64,000 bases of DNA, taken from Phoronis australis (taxonomy: Eukaryota; Animalia; Phoronida). Below the pieces are notes generated by a model. It saw only the letters and a program-made list of their open reading frames with translations, searched no databases and was not told the DNA's origin. Both the position numbers and the translations under genes were made by a program. The stretch lies in contig NMRA01000332.1 of the NCBI GenBank assembly GCA_002633005.1, positions 73,121 through 137,120 of the forward strand. Direction: 5' to 3'. Below are positions 35,801 through 49,022 of the stretch, piece by piece; the stretch's first letter is position 1; every line of letters begins with the position of its first letter.

Positions 35801-37609
35801 GTTGGTTCTTTTGCGTTACCATGCTACTTCACAACAAATTTCATGTTCATGAAATTTGACAAGAGACACCAAAGCAAGAGGAGAGTCTGGGACATCAAGG
35901 AACTACAGTTGTCTCTTGGTGCCGAAACTTGCGCAGTTTTGCCATTTGCGCATGCAATAGGTGGTTGCAACACAACATTACAGCTGTTCGGTATTAGCAA
36001 AGACTCTCCCATTCAAGAAACTGCGTGATCGAGAATTCTGCAAAAACTCTAAGAGTATTCACTAGACACATGCAGCTGAAGCAAGGCATACTTGAAGCTG
36101 GTAAGAGTTGTATCTGTGCTTCATGGCGGTACTGGCTCTGGAAATTTGGATGATTTGCAATACAGGCAATTTGTGGATGAGGTTTCGGACTAGCTACAAC
36201 CCAAATACAGTCATTATCACCAACTTTCTTCAGTAGCTAAACTCCATGCTGTCGGGACATATTATCAAGAGCAAGAGCGGTCAAGTTTCCGTGGCAGTGG
36301 CCGAGACTCGCTGTATTGGGGATGGATGCTGGCAGGTGGAAAATTCATTCCCACGACGACGGACCATTCAGCAGCACCAGAGAACCTGCTGAAAGTAGTG
36401 AGATGCTCGTGAAAGACCAACTGCACTTCCAAGAGATGTACTTGCAAGACGTTAGGATAGCCGTACTCGGTTGCATGTGGAGAATGCCGTGGTTTTAGCA
36501 GCAGCAATTCATTCTGACTTGACAGAGATTAGTTGTGTAAATACTGGTTGATTGTGTATAGATTCACTAGTATTTACAAATAACTGGAAGTGACACAGAC
36601 AGTGTGGATAGTAGATACTTAATTAATTGCAGAGAGTTATTTTCAATACAGCACAATTTTTCAGGAGGAGAATGATCCTTCAGTTCAGGCAAACCTGATG
36701 TTTTGACCCAAATAAGTTATTCGTTAAACCATCTTGAAAATGGTAGTCGTAATCATCAAGAGCCAGACAAAAAATATTGTAATGGATGTGCTGACTTACA
36801 AAAATCAGGATATGGCATGTCTCTGGAATCTGAAGTTCTTACCCGAAGCAACTATTTGGTGGCCATCTTAGAAAATGGTGGAATGATCATTAGAGCCAAA
36901 CGCAATGAGTCTAAATGGATTAGTCGACCCAGAAAACCTATGATACTTGAAGCAAGACGACACACTAATCTGTTTGTGCGAAGTTGTGCGTTTCGAAATA
37001 GTTTTGAAGGCCATCTTGGAAAATGGCTGATGGTGTCACCACGGCCATGCAAAACTTTTCCAATGGATTTGTTGACCCAAAAAAGATAGGTAGACATTTT
37101 TGAATTTTTACTCTATCACATTCCACTCTCGAGTTATAATGATCATCTGCAAATCTGGCGGCCATTTTGTCTGCCATCTTGGAAATGGTGGAAGTAATCA
37201 TTAGTGCCAAATGCAATGACTCTCAATGGATTAGTCGACTCAGAAAACCTATGATGCGATGTTTGAAGCAAGACGACACACTAATCTGTTCGTGTGAAGT
37301 TGTGCGACTCACGTAGATTTGGCGGCCATCTTGGAAAATGGCAGACGGTGTCACCACAGCCATGTAAAACCATTTCCAATGGATTTTTTGACCCACAAAA
37401 CATAGGTAAACCTTTTTGAAATTTTACTCTATCACACTCCACTCATCAGAAAATCTAGTGGCCATTTTGGCCACCATCTTGCAAAACCAACTTCCGCCAC
37501 TCCGATTCCGGTAGACTTTTTTCCCACTAAGGGGTGTGAAAGGATACGATTTATGCAATAAAACCTTCTGTTGCAATTTTTCCGGGTTATCCGTAGAATG
37601 ACTGGACTA
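32853..37609 (+). mobile_element. AcademX DNA transposon, full-length boundaries, coding region disrupted
   Basis: Termini TAGTCCAGTCATTCTA...TAGAATGACTGGACTA, ~160-bp TIRs, 3-bp TSD TAG (32850-32852, 37610-37612). Motifs RLG..HTEMSFL..IG..M..TGL, IEQMLMKSIKTTGGLT, XPG-like DADVLI..DDTDLLVLL and PFAHAIGGC, and a C-terminal Cys cluster. Confidence 0.9.
36861..37485. repeat. Two ~312-bp tandem units in the Academ subterminal region
   Basis: GCCATCTT.GAAAATGGTGGAA..ATCATTAG.GCCAAA.GCAATGA..GAAGCAAGACGACACACTAATCTG recurs at ~36861 and ~37173. Confidence 0.8.
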
Positions 37610-40600
37610 TAGAAAGTACTGTAAGCTACGACAAAACAAGAGAGAAATTAAAAAATATTAGAAACTATGATCTCATAGGATTTGTTGAATCACACGCAAG
37701 ATCACAGCATGAATTTACCGATCTCTTAGACAATTATTCCACCTTCACATCAGTGCAAAATATACATAGCGGTAAAGTATCTGGTGGAGTGACACTAACG
37801 GTAAAGAACAATTTAGGAACCAAAATAACAAGCATCTGTGAGAATTTGGAAGACAGAGTGTATTTGCATCTCAAAGATTTGTTTGCTGGCACAGACAAGC
37901 CAGATGCTATAATAGGTCTTATTTATCTCCCTCCCGAAGGGTCAGCATACTACAGCCACGACAATTCTGACTTCGGTGTTGATCGTCTCGAGGATGACCT
38001 GCTTAAAGAATAATGGAAAATTTACCCAGTCACGGGTTATTTGAACAGGTCCACACAGAGACTACATTCCAGATGACGATACCACGCATATCAGTGTCCT
38101 TGACAATAGCGACTGTTGTTATGTACAAAATAATTTTGAAAAACCAAGAAACAACCAAGATGCGTAATCTAATTACTTCGGCAAGAACTTGCCAAATTTC
38201 GCGCAGTATATGGCAGGCACATAGTTAACGGTAGATACCCCTCAGACTATTCGTTCGTCTCCATTCGAGGACGCAGCACTATTGACTATGTTATTGCTGA
38301 GTCATCTCTGTTCGAATATATTAATGACTTTGAAGTATTAAATTACGATTAGTCGGACTATTTCCCTATTATGTGTACTCTACGTTATCTAGAACATATG
38401 GAAGCTAAAACCCACGCATCGAACACGAGTGTCAAAATGACCCCATTGCACCGTCTCAAGTGGCAGCCACATTAATCTTCAAGTTTTAAAAAAGGACTGG
38501 GCAGCGTTGACACCCCCGAGAAATTCTCTCAAATATCTTCAGCCGTTGATATGGATATTAACAAAGCAGTTAATTTAATAAATGAATTATTCCACACGAA
38601 AATAAGCCATTGATATCTCCGCAGTGAACAGGCAGCAGCCAAGGTGGTTCGACAACCTTTGCGAGCAAAAGAAAATAGAAAAACATAATTTATTGAAACT
38701 TTTCAGATCCACAAAGTGTATGGATACGCTGCGTGATGATATTGATACGAAAAGCCAATTTAAGGAAACTTGTGAAAAAAGAAGCACTATAATGAACAAA
38801 TGGAAAAGAACTGATGTGATTCAATGAGAGCCCCAAGAACAATCTGGGCAAACGTGAAGTCAATCATAAATCAATCAAGCGAACGTTTCGTCGAACGAAT
38901 GGTATACTTATTTTGAAAAACTCTTGAACACTGAGCCTGTTCGGGAAAACAGGGAATTCCTTAATAATTTGTTTGACGAAATGCGAGAGCATGACGAAAG
39001 CTGCACTGACTGTGCCAACACACCTGGCGATGAAATCCTGGAACAACTTAATAAGGAAATCGACATGTCCGAAATCAATCAGGCTATAAATAAACATAAA
39101 ATCAACAAAACCCCTGGAGAAGATGGTATTCCAAACCAACTCTTCAAATCACTGACCGGTGACATCATTGAAGTATTATGCCAGCTATTCAACAAGGTAC
39201 TGGCGACAGGAAATTCCCGGAGAACTGGAGAAAGAGTATAATCGTTCCTATCTACAAGAAAGGAGACAAAAATGACCCAAATAATTACAGGGGAATTTCT
39301 TTAATTGACAGCATGAGCAAGCTCTTTACATCAATATTAAATAAAAGGCTAATTGAGTGATCGGATGCAATGAAATGTATACAAGCCGGATTTAGGGCGG
39401 GTTATTCGACCGTGGATAACATCTTTGTTCTACAAGCTTTGGCCAGCATAAATTTATCTCAAAAGAGGTAGAAAATTATACTGTGCCTTTGTGGACTTTA
39501 GCAACGCGTTTGACAGTCTGGAAATAACACGTCTGTTTTATTGTCTGTTAAAAAATATTCTCCACGGGAAAATGTTCAATATCCTGAGGAATATTTATGC
39601 TGAAGTGAAATCTTGCGTGAGAAGACAAAGCCAAATTACACCCTATTTTGAATGTAATAGAGATGTGAATTGAGGGTGCCTACTGAGCCCTTGATTATTC
39701 TCTGTTTTTTTTGTAAGCGGGTTGATGTCAGAGATCAAAGAAAATGGAGGACGAGATATCAAGTGGGATGATTGCGAATTAAGTTCGCTACTGTTTGCGG
39801 ACGATTTGGTGCTTATGGCGGACACAGTGCCTGGACTTCAGAGAAAATTAAATGTATTGCACAATTATTGTGTGGATTGGAGTCTTTGTGTTAATCTTGA
39901 TGAGACAAATATTGTTGTCTTCAAACGAGGTGGGACTCTATCGGCACAGGTTTTACAATAAGAAATTGGTAGAAACGAAATCTTATTAGAAGTATCTTGG
40001 TGTGACATTCTCTTGCAGATGAAAATGGAATGAAAATTGTAGAATATCACCTTTACAAGCTAGAAAAGCAATGAACATGTTGAAAGCATGTTTAAGCAAA
40101 GTGAAGTGTAGCTCCCCACATGTATGTTTTAATTTTTTTGATAGTATGGTAGTTCTTATGTTGTTATTTGGGGCCGAGATATGGGGTACACTATATTTGA
40201 AAGACATAGAAAGTGTTCACAATGATTTCTGTAAATAGGCTGCTGGTGTCCCAAAGGCCAGCGGAGAATGCGACAGGCATTTATTATCTATGAAATACTT
40301 GTGCAGACTAATAATCGACTGGACAACAATTCTACAGATGAATAACCCCAGATACCCAAAGAAAAGTTACAGGATGCTGCGGGAAGACTGTGAAGAGGAC
40401 AAGCAAATTGGGTCAGTGCAGTTCAAGATATTCTATTCATATATATTTGGGGAGGTATGGATAAGTGGACCGGGTAATATTGATTTATTTTTATCAGAAT
40501 TTAAGCAAAGATTGTTGGATTGTGGTGCCCAAGAATGGAGGATATCAGTGCAGAACTCTAGCAAGTGCTCATTTTACTCTATTATCAAAACAGATTTATC

Positions 40601-40999
40601 TTGTGAAGAATATCTTTACAGTCTGCCACCAACTCTAAGTAGAATACTAGCCAAATTCAGGTGCTCTGAACATCAATTGAAAATAGAAACTGGTAGGCAC
40701 CACGACATTCCGAAGGAAGAGAGGCTTTTCGATATTTGCAACTGCTCAGAAATTGAAGACTAAGTACACTTATTACTCAAGTGCCCCGTACTTAACGATA
40801 TTAGAATGATTTTTTTACCAGAAATATCCAGACAGCATACTGACATCAAAAACGCCAAATACTTATTCAAAGCAAACTGTGGCAATCTTTTGAAAAGACT
40901 ATCCTTATTTATGTTAAAGGCTTATGATATTAGACAGGAAACACTAACATTGTAAATGTGTAAACATGTATATTTGTATTAAATATGAAATTGCCATCT

Positions 41000-42315
41000 A
41001 TACCAAATACTGCAATGTACTGTGAACAAATGAACTTAGCTCCTCTTTCGAAAAGCAATACCATGGCATACAATGTAGTTTGCAGGTCGCAAGGTATTGT
41101 TCAACTTGCGAGAACAATGCGACGGGCACAAACTGGTCGCATGGTTATCACCTATCAAACGCATTGATTATTTTCCTTTGTTACGTGTTTGTTGGGTATA
41201 ACATGTACATGTACAGGTCGAATGGATATCGTTCTTGGGGCGTACATGTATTGTACACCACACGGTTACCAATCAATGCTTGTCATTTTCTTTATCATAA
41301 CAACAGGAACAATGGAGACGCTAACCTACACTGTACCTATCTCTACGCGACCAGCTTGCGACCTGGTTTCGCGTGGGATGGCCATTGCCAGGCGACACTT
41401 TTAAAGTACAAACCCTTGGCCAATGCAAAGATAATAATCATTTCATCATATGGCTTTACAGATGCTCAGCCACTTAACCATTATTTGGAATTCGCGCTCA
41501 AATGCTCCCACTAAGCTGGACACCTTGTTCGTGGCAGCCGCCAAGTGGAAAACAATCAAATAAACGTTATTTTCTAGCACAATTCGCCTCCTTTTGTAAT
41601 AAAGAAGTGTGCCGTCCGTTTCAAAAACAGTACGTTCGTGATACGGCGCATGCGCCACTTCCTAAAGTTTTAAGACGTCTTTGGGGAGTTAATGACAGCT
41701 TCGCAGGACCAAGGTTTGTTCTAAAATTCGGTTTCCTGGCATAAAAATACTAAAGGATGAGGGTAGTTTTGATGACACTAATTTTGAGTCAGATTTTATT
41801 TGTCCATGTTTACTCATATAGGGGCAAACCTGTAGGCCTATATTTAGTATACGGCTTTGGGCCATGGCTTGGGTAACCCGGCGATGGTATGCGGTGACCA
41901 TCCCCTTGAAAGACACTTTTTTCGAAGAGTTCAAACAACCAGGAGCCATACAAAAAGACATGTCGAACCTTTTACAGCACTATGACAAACAGCAAAAATA
42001 AGAACTACTGATACAATGATAAAATACGATGTAAACTCTTCACAATACGGCACAGCAATATATGTGATAAGCAGTCAAGGCACCACCAGCCATGTCACTG
42101 ACATATCACAGACAGCCGATCAGCGACCGCTGTCAGGATCTCAGTCTTTTGACAATAACTATGAGTGAGCTTTATTTTAGCGCGCAACTTGGGCAAGCGG
42201 GAGATTTATTTGTACATTATGTGTAACCGTTTCACTGCTGCATTATTTTTACTACAATGCTTAAGACTCGCCGATTCTGCAAATACGGATATACTCCCGC
42301 ACGTCATCAGAATCC
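41000..42315 (-). mobile_element. Kolobok-like relic with THAP domain
   Basis: Terminus ...GAATCC-TTAA (TTAA at 42316-42319). ATG 41961 gives MSFCMAPGCLNSSKKVSFKGMVTAYHR; downstream sequence is degenerate. Confidence 0.55.
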
Positions 42316-42963
42316 TTAAAGCCTATCTTCAACGGTAACACCTGAAGATTTGGTTCTTACAGTATTTTAAGAGCATCACTCTGAGCCCACTGGTGCTATA
42401 AATTGTCAAATGTAACGAATTGTTAGGCATATTGGCTTGCTTTTGTGTACGTCACCGCGAGAATCACCTTTTAATTCAAACAGCTACGAATAACACCCTC
42501 ACGCAATGGTGTTCTATCCAGCCTCCTATTATACAACATTTGGGTGTTTGTGCTGGGATCTTGCCCTGACGCAATAGGGCGCGAAAAGGTAGCTTCATTT
42601 ATCATTTGACGGGCTTACATTTGTGTGAGTGAACTCCTGTTTTCTTATTTTACTAAGGCTTTGCTAGGACTATCTGGTTAGTCCAATACATTTAAAATAA
42701 CAAAATTCCGTCGAAGTTAGGCTTTAAACGTAGGCCTACTCGCTCCAGCTCATTGGCGTCCACTTTGTTATCATCACTTTCAGGAGAAAAATCGTTCGAC
42801 ATCCTCGTATTTTTACTGTAGTATTCTGAAACGATACTGAGATCAAAAAGCAAAGCATCCTCAATCTGCTTTTAAGCCTTAAAAGGTGATTCAGCAGCTG
42901 GTACGTCTATACATGTACTTGTAACAACGCAACTGACACATGCACGCCACACGGTAACAATAC

Positions 42964-45900
42964 CACGGTGTGGGGACCTGTACTACGTGTTTGGACAGGT
43001 CATGAGGAGTACGGCGTCGTCATGAGCAAAATCGCCAAAAATTCCCCAACAAGACGTTCTCGATGAGATCGTTTACCTCGTTACTCATGACTTTTTGCAT
43101 TGAAACTGTTGGCATGCACTCAGTGGAAGAGTAGTTGTCGAATGTGACCTTAATTAAATTAACAGGGTCCCTAAACTGGCTGTGCTCAAGAGATTTCACT
43201 GATAGTTTACACAACGATAAACTTCGAGAGCCAAGTTTTTTACATGTGTTCTTGTTTCGATAATTTTTTGTATTTGAGTACCACTATGTAACCATAGACA
43301 AGTCGCATGAGAAGTATAGTTGACATTTGAAATTTGTAGTTAAATTTATGTGGCATTTTATTACACCTACTTTCATAATATCTGTACGGACTCGTAATAC
43401 TCGAGTTTCGCGTGACTGTCTGAACTCGTCATGAGCAACTGTACGGTTTCGCATTGCGCCGGTTGTCGTCTAATTTTTCATCAATACCTGTAGTATCCTG
43501 ACAAAAAACGTCAAATGGCTCTGCAATCGGATTCCCGGCCAAAAACTTGCTGTCCGACTTACTTCACAGAGTATATCTCCCAGAAATAACTGAGATTTGT
43601 TGATTTCTACGACCACGCAAATTGCCCAACACTAATTTTTAAAGATTAGCCGACTGTTGCCTTGCAACAGGGCGGGGTGCTATTGATGGCGATCGGTAGT
43701 TAGATTTTCCCCTCACTCGGCAAAAAATTCCCCTCTCAGAAGGCACAGGCACCTTTCCCCTCGGATGAACGAGGCCCCTGAAGAAACATGATACATGTAA
43801 CTATGCTTGCTATGTCCAGTTAACTAAAATTTAGCTTTAAAATGAGGTTATGCTTTGGACGAACGAATTAGGTGTCTTAGTTTTAAAATTCAACTTGATC
43901 CAGATTGCTGTTTCAAATAGACGTAAGAATTATTAAAACCAAGAAAGCAGAATTGATGGTCAAATAATTATTATTTTCAGTTACTAGCCTGGTTATTTAC
44001 TTTAATAAAAATGTATTTAATAGCATCAATTATTTTTTCAGATCAATGANTGAGTACCACCATGTAACCATAGACAAGTCGCATGAGAAGTATAGTTGAC
44101 ATTTGAAATTTGTAGTTAAATTTATGTGGCATTTTATTACACCTACTCTCATAATATCTGTACGGACTCGTCATACTCGAGTTTTGCGTGACTGTCTGAA
44201 CTCGTCATGAGCAACTGTACGGTTTCGCATTGCGCCGGTTGTCGTCTAATTTTTCATCAATACCTGTAGTATCCTGACAAAAAACGTCAAATGACTCTGC
44301 AATTGGATTCCCGGCCAAAAACTTGCTGTCCGACTTACTTCACAGAGTATATCTCCCAGAAATAACTGAGATTTGTTGATTTCTACAACCACGCAAATTG
44401 CCCAACACTAATTATTAAAGATTAGCCGACTGTTGCCTTGCAACAGGGCGGGGTGCTATTGATGGCGATCGGTAGTTAGATTTTCCCCTCACTCGGCAAA
44501 AATTCCCCTCTGAGAAGGCACAGGCACCTTTCCCCTCGGATGAACGAGGCCCCTGAAGAAACATGATACATGTAACTATGCTTGCTATGTCCAGTTAACT
44601 AAAATTTAGCTTTAAAATGAGGTTATGCTTTGGACGAACGAATTAGGTGTCTTAGTTTTAAAATTCAACTTGATCCAGATTGCTGTTTCAAATAGACGTA
44701 AGAATTATTAAAACCAAGAAAGCAGAATTGATGGTCAAATAATTATTATTTTCAGTTACTAGCCTGGTTATTTACTTTAATAAAAATGTATTTAATAGCA
44801 TCAATTATTTTTTCAGATCAATGACAAATCAACTGTCAGTAAGGGTAGTCCCTACCTCACCAGGACCTAGGCTATGCTTGATCAACAAATTAAACCAGAT
44901 GTGACTAATTGCACATCACAGCAAAATGTGATAAACCACCACTGTCGAATATATCTTCAACTCGTCAACAATACGAGCAGATGACCTGGTTTGTGTACAA
45001 AGCATTATCAACAATTTACAAGAAGAAAAGTAACCCTTCATTCACCATAATACGTAATCCGTAACACTACGATCGCGGCCATTTGGTCATGTTTACTTTT
45101 TTATGTTTTGAACTTAGTATACCAAAAATAAACTTATATACCCTTTCGTCAGACAACTCTTTGGTGTATTGTCTTGTTCTGTAATGTATTTTTCTTCGTC
45201 TCACATTTTTAAGATTAATACCCCAGTTGGACTCGAAAGACCGGCCACTTAACTCACGCAATGTGAACTTCCGCTTTGTTTAGCGCAGTGAGCCTCGCTT
45301 TGGATCTTAATGTCCGCCGGTTGAGTTAGGTCCAAATTGTCTAAGGGAACGTGCCATCTGCCATCCTATTCAACCCGCAGGTGCCTGACTTCCCTACTTG
45401 TATTGTTTTCAAAGCATCGATCACGCGTGGTGTAACCTAACGTATCTCTTTAATTGCACTATATTCTCGTACTAAATCTGTCTCTATATCCCTTTCACAC
45501 TCTTTTCGCGCAGTGTATTCTTCATCGTTGCCTTCTCGTTCTACTTTTGACTTCTTCATAAATGGACTCATGTGATTAAACTCTTTTCCTAGTTATCTTT
45601 TGTTCGACCCGGTTTCACACCAGTCCTCCTAAACAGGGTTGGGAATGCGCCCGTATTTTTTTTTTTTTACTGAGAAACATTCCAAACTGCTGTGTTCATG
45701 CAATGTTAGATACCTAGTCCTTAGTTCTTGATCGACGTGGTCTGCGGTGCATTGGACAAGTGACTTCAGCAAAGTGATCTGTGCCAACACAAAAGTAACA
45801 GTGCTTGAAGGTGGTTGATCGGAAAAATTGTAAAATGTTTTTACATCGCACTCTGTCCAAAATGGTTAGTTACAATGGCCTAACACTTCTTATCTTTGTT

Positions 45901-46538
45901 CTCACTTCAATACACTATTTGCTAATACATGTTCATCCAATCTTTCTCAAGTCACCTATCCGACTATTCTCCTCGAGAACTGTTGGTAATTTTAAAGTTA
46001 AACGATCTATTCCGGTTAAAATTTGACTAATTCTTAACCAGTTCCCTAACGAGTTCGTACAGTTTTCAAAACTCTACTCGTGACTAGTCGGTACAGTTTG
46101 CTCAGGCGAGTCCCTACAGTCGTTTGCCTGACTGCCTTATGTACACTTTCCATGTCTTTGTTACTCAAGCACACCTTTATCTGCACATGCAAATCTTTAT
46201 AAAACATCACTTGTACTATGAAATGTATTAAGTTAGCGACATAATGAATCATTTTATAACAAACTTTCACCGATAGTCCAGATTTTTTCACAGCATCATG
46301 GCTACCGAGTCGCACTGGGCCGTCATTGCTGGCCACTCTAACATGAGGAGCTTTCAGCACTTGACACGACTCTTAGCTATTGAGCAGAACTGTTTCTAAT
46401 TACAGATAGGTTTGACTTATACAGTTTAAAGAAAATTTTGTTCTGCTGGTGTTGTATTCCTACATCAAATTGCTCATGACGACGCCGTACTCCTCATGAC
46501 CAGTCCACACACGTGCTAGTACAGGTCCCCACACCGTG
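42964..46538. mobile_element. Non-autonomous DNA transposon with CACGGTG termini and 5-bp TSD (Transib/RAG-like signature)
   Basis: ~66-70-bp TIRs CACGGTGTGGGGACCTGTACTA...GTCATGAGGAGTACGGCGTCGTCATGAGCAA; perfect TSD AATAC (42959-42963, 46539-46543). The boundaries are firm; the superfamily is inferred. Confidence 0.75.
43275..44824 (+). repeat. ~775-bp near-identical direct duplication across a single N (probable assembly overlap of two alleles)
   Basis: 43275-44049 matches 44051-44824 with a handful of substitutions; N at 44050. Confidence 0.9.
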
Positions 46539-47709
46539 AATACTGTATGTACGCAACAACTTGAAATGCCTGCAGATGATATCACAATGACTGGTCAAAG
46601 TGGTCAGATGTGTGTAATAATGACCAGAAGGCAGAGTTTATAGAGAACTTATCCATGATGGGCACATAATAACTGAAAGTTGGGCTGTATATTGCCATGA
46701 GAGGCTTGGGTTTGATGAAAGAAAGTGATCAATATTTTCTGGGTAGGCGGTCTCAATTTGTAATACAGGAGCAACTGATCTTTCTTTAAAGTCCCTGAGT
46801 AAACTTGCGTCCTTAGAAATAAAAGAAATCCTCAGGTGAACTCAAAACCCACGACATTCCTCAAGGTATTAACAAAACCAAATACAAAAAAAACATTTGA
46901 AAAGTCGCTGGTTAAAATCGTGGTTGGTGAGTAGACTACAACGGATAGGACAGCATACTAACAGCTCCCGTTCAAATGAATCGTCCAATCCGATCACGAG
47001 CACCTCAACAACCTTCCATTCTCTGTGGAGAAGTCTGTAAGCAATCTACCTTTGAGATCTTGTACTAACTTGAATACTAAATCAGTTTATAATACTTTAT
47101 TATCAGTAACAAAACACATTCTGTGTGATCTGTTTCAATAAAATAATACATGGCAAGCATGCACATTTTATGATTAACACATGCACGTACAACTGCTATT
47201 CATAATTTATTCAAATCCTGCTTCCCAGAATATGCATGCTCTGGGTCAAAGAATGCTGTTATATAGTTGGAGCTAACAAGTACGTGTTCGTTGAGCAAAT
47301 CTACTAAATTTTAGACTATTTTGAGATTTGTATAAAACCGCGACTAGAAGAGTCTATGTATTTTTGTCGTTTAAATTTGCATATGATGTGATATGAAGCC
47401 AGTTGAGGTAAAATGGGGCCGGAAGTTAATTGGGTTAATATTACCTATTATAGTGTGTTTGTCAGGTGTTTTGTGCAATGGGCCCAACCATGAGGCCTGC
47501 CCACGTCTGATGCACCGCAAATGACATCAGACCACATGCACTGTTTTTTATCATAGCGGTAGTTAAAATAGATATGATGTAACAAAATGTAAAAACACAC
47601 ACAAAACCACCATGTGAGAAAACACAAACTAACAGTACTCCGCCTTGGCTATTAAAAAGAAGCGTATATTTTCATGTAGCACGCGCTTGGGTGGAGAGCC
47701 GATCAAGAA

Positions 47710-49022
47710 TTTTTTTTTGTCAAAAAGTTTTATTGTTATCGTAATGCAAATACAATAAAGCCAAACAATATAAACATTCACGCACACAGTCACGCTCACA
47801 TTCATACACAGGGGGCCATTGGTTTTATGTAGTATAAATTAAAATAAAGGTGCTAGAGGGGCCCATCGTTCCTCGAAGTCGAGAAACCTGCACTGGTTAT
47901 AGTACATAACCTTTTCTACTTTGTAGTAATCAAAAACAAAATGTTTAAAAAGTGCAAAACATGGTTCTACATTCTGAAGTCTTTGCTTGTGTATGTGGAA
48001 CTTGCCTAAACATAAAAGTAGATTTATGAGTTTTGGTCCATTAAAGGAGCCAAAAATTGCGTCAAAATGATCAAGTTTCATATCAATTCCGCAGAGGTTT
48101 TTTATCCAGTTTTCCAAAAACTTTGGACACGTAAACAAGACCAATACAAGTGAAAAAGGTCTTCAGAATGAGAATTACAAAAAGTACAACTATCTGAATT
48201 TCTAACACCAATCTTACTCAAAAACTTATTGATTCCGAGTAGTCTGTGAGTTAAACGTATTTGAAACCATTTAAGCTGGACATCACAAGAAAAGTTAATA
48301 GAATAAGAAAGCTTTTCTCCACCACTCACGGGGAATTACGGTATTCAACTGTTTTTCCCAATTTTCCTCAAATTTGGGTTTTTGTATTAAGTGGGTATAA
48401 ATTTGTTTATTGACTTTTTGTCTCGATATCAGAATGGAATTAAATGTTGTGCAAAAAGGCAAGGTTATTTCAATTTCACTACATGGCCTAATTTGAGAAT
48501 GACGAATAGTTTGACGAATTGCACTTCGAATACCCCAAAAAGATGTAAATGGTGGAGAAAACCTGTATCTTTCACAAAAACACTGGTAAGACATAAAATA
48601 ATCATTATGGTTCAACAAATCGTGGATAAGAAATATCCCTCTTTTATACCAGTCATTGTAGAAAACAGACTTTTTATCAATCAAAATATGTTCATTATAC
48701 CAGAGTGGTTCGTAATAAAATTCCTCTTTAATGTGATAATCTGAGATACTAGAGAGTACTTCCCCAACAACTAAAAATACCTCTTTCCAAAAGACATTCT
48801 TAAAAATTCCCGGGCATTGACTATAAAATTTGGCCCCAACATGAAGAAGGTTTTTTCCAGCTAAAAAGCGGTTTTTCATAACAATCAATTTCCAGGAAGA
48901 TTGATTGGCCATCACAAGTCTCACGAACCATGTAAATTTTAACGACTTAATATAACTTTTTAAATGGACCATTTTACAGCCTCCGTTGGAAAAATCTTGG
49001 ATCATAATATTTCTAGCTATCC
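47710..49022 (-). mobile_element. 3' part of an L1/Tx1-clade LINE, cut by a contig break
   Basis: GGCKMVHL..KSLKFTW..RL, EPLWYN..I, WFQIRLTHRLL..CTFC..EDLFHLYWSC (zf-RVT-like). AATAAA and an A-rich tail near 47710-47733; N at 49023. Confidence 0.88.

Larger units (their letters stand above)
31985..40990 (+). mobile_element. Near full-length decayed LINE (RTEX/CR1-group-like), interrupted by Academ
   Basis: ORF1 from ATG 32044 (DDVENRSRWDNLIF, IERAHRIG, RPIIAK). ORF2 from ATG 32819 (MRIGSWNIGGL) resumes after 37612 with APE motifs (FVESH, SGGV, IYLPP, STIDYVI), RT motifs (KTPGEDGI, DPNNYRGISL, VDFSNAFD, LLFADDLVL) and C-terminal KFRCSEHQLKIETGR..C..ED. Boundaries approximate. Confidence 0.9.

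Noticed and set aside
42462-42892. 14-bp inverted pair GAATCACCTTTTAA as element termini
   Set aside because: No TSD, ambiguous orientation, and the interior is not identifiable.
43275-44824. 775-bp tandem duplication as a biological repeat
   Set aside because: The copies meet at a single N and are nearly identical, typical of unmerged overlapping contig ends or haplotypes.
47620-47708. snRNA target site for the Tx1 LINE
   Set aside because: The flank does not match U2, U5 or another small RNA that I can recognise.
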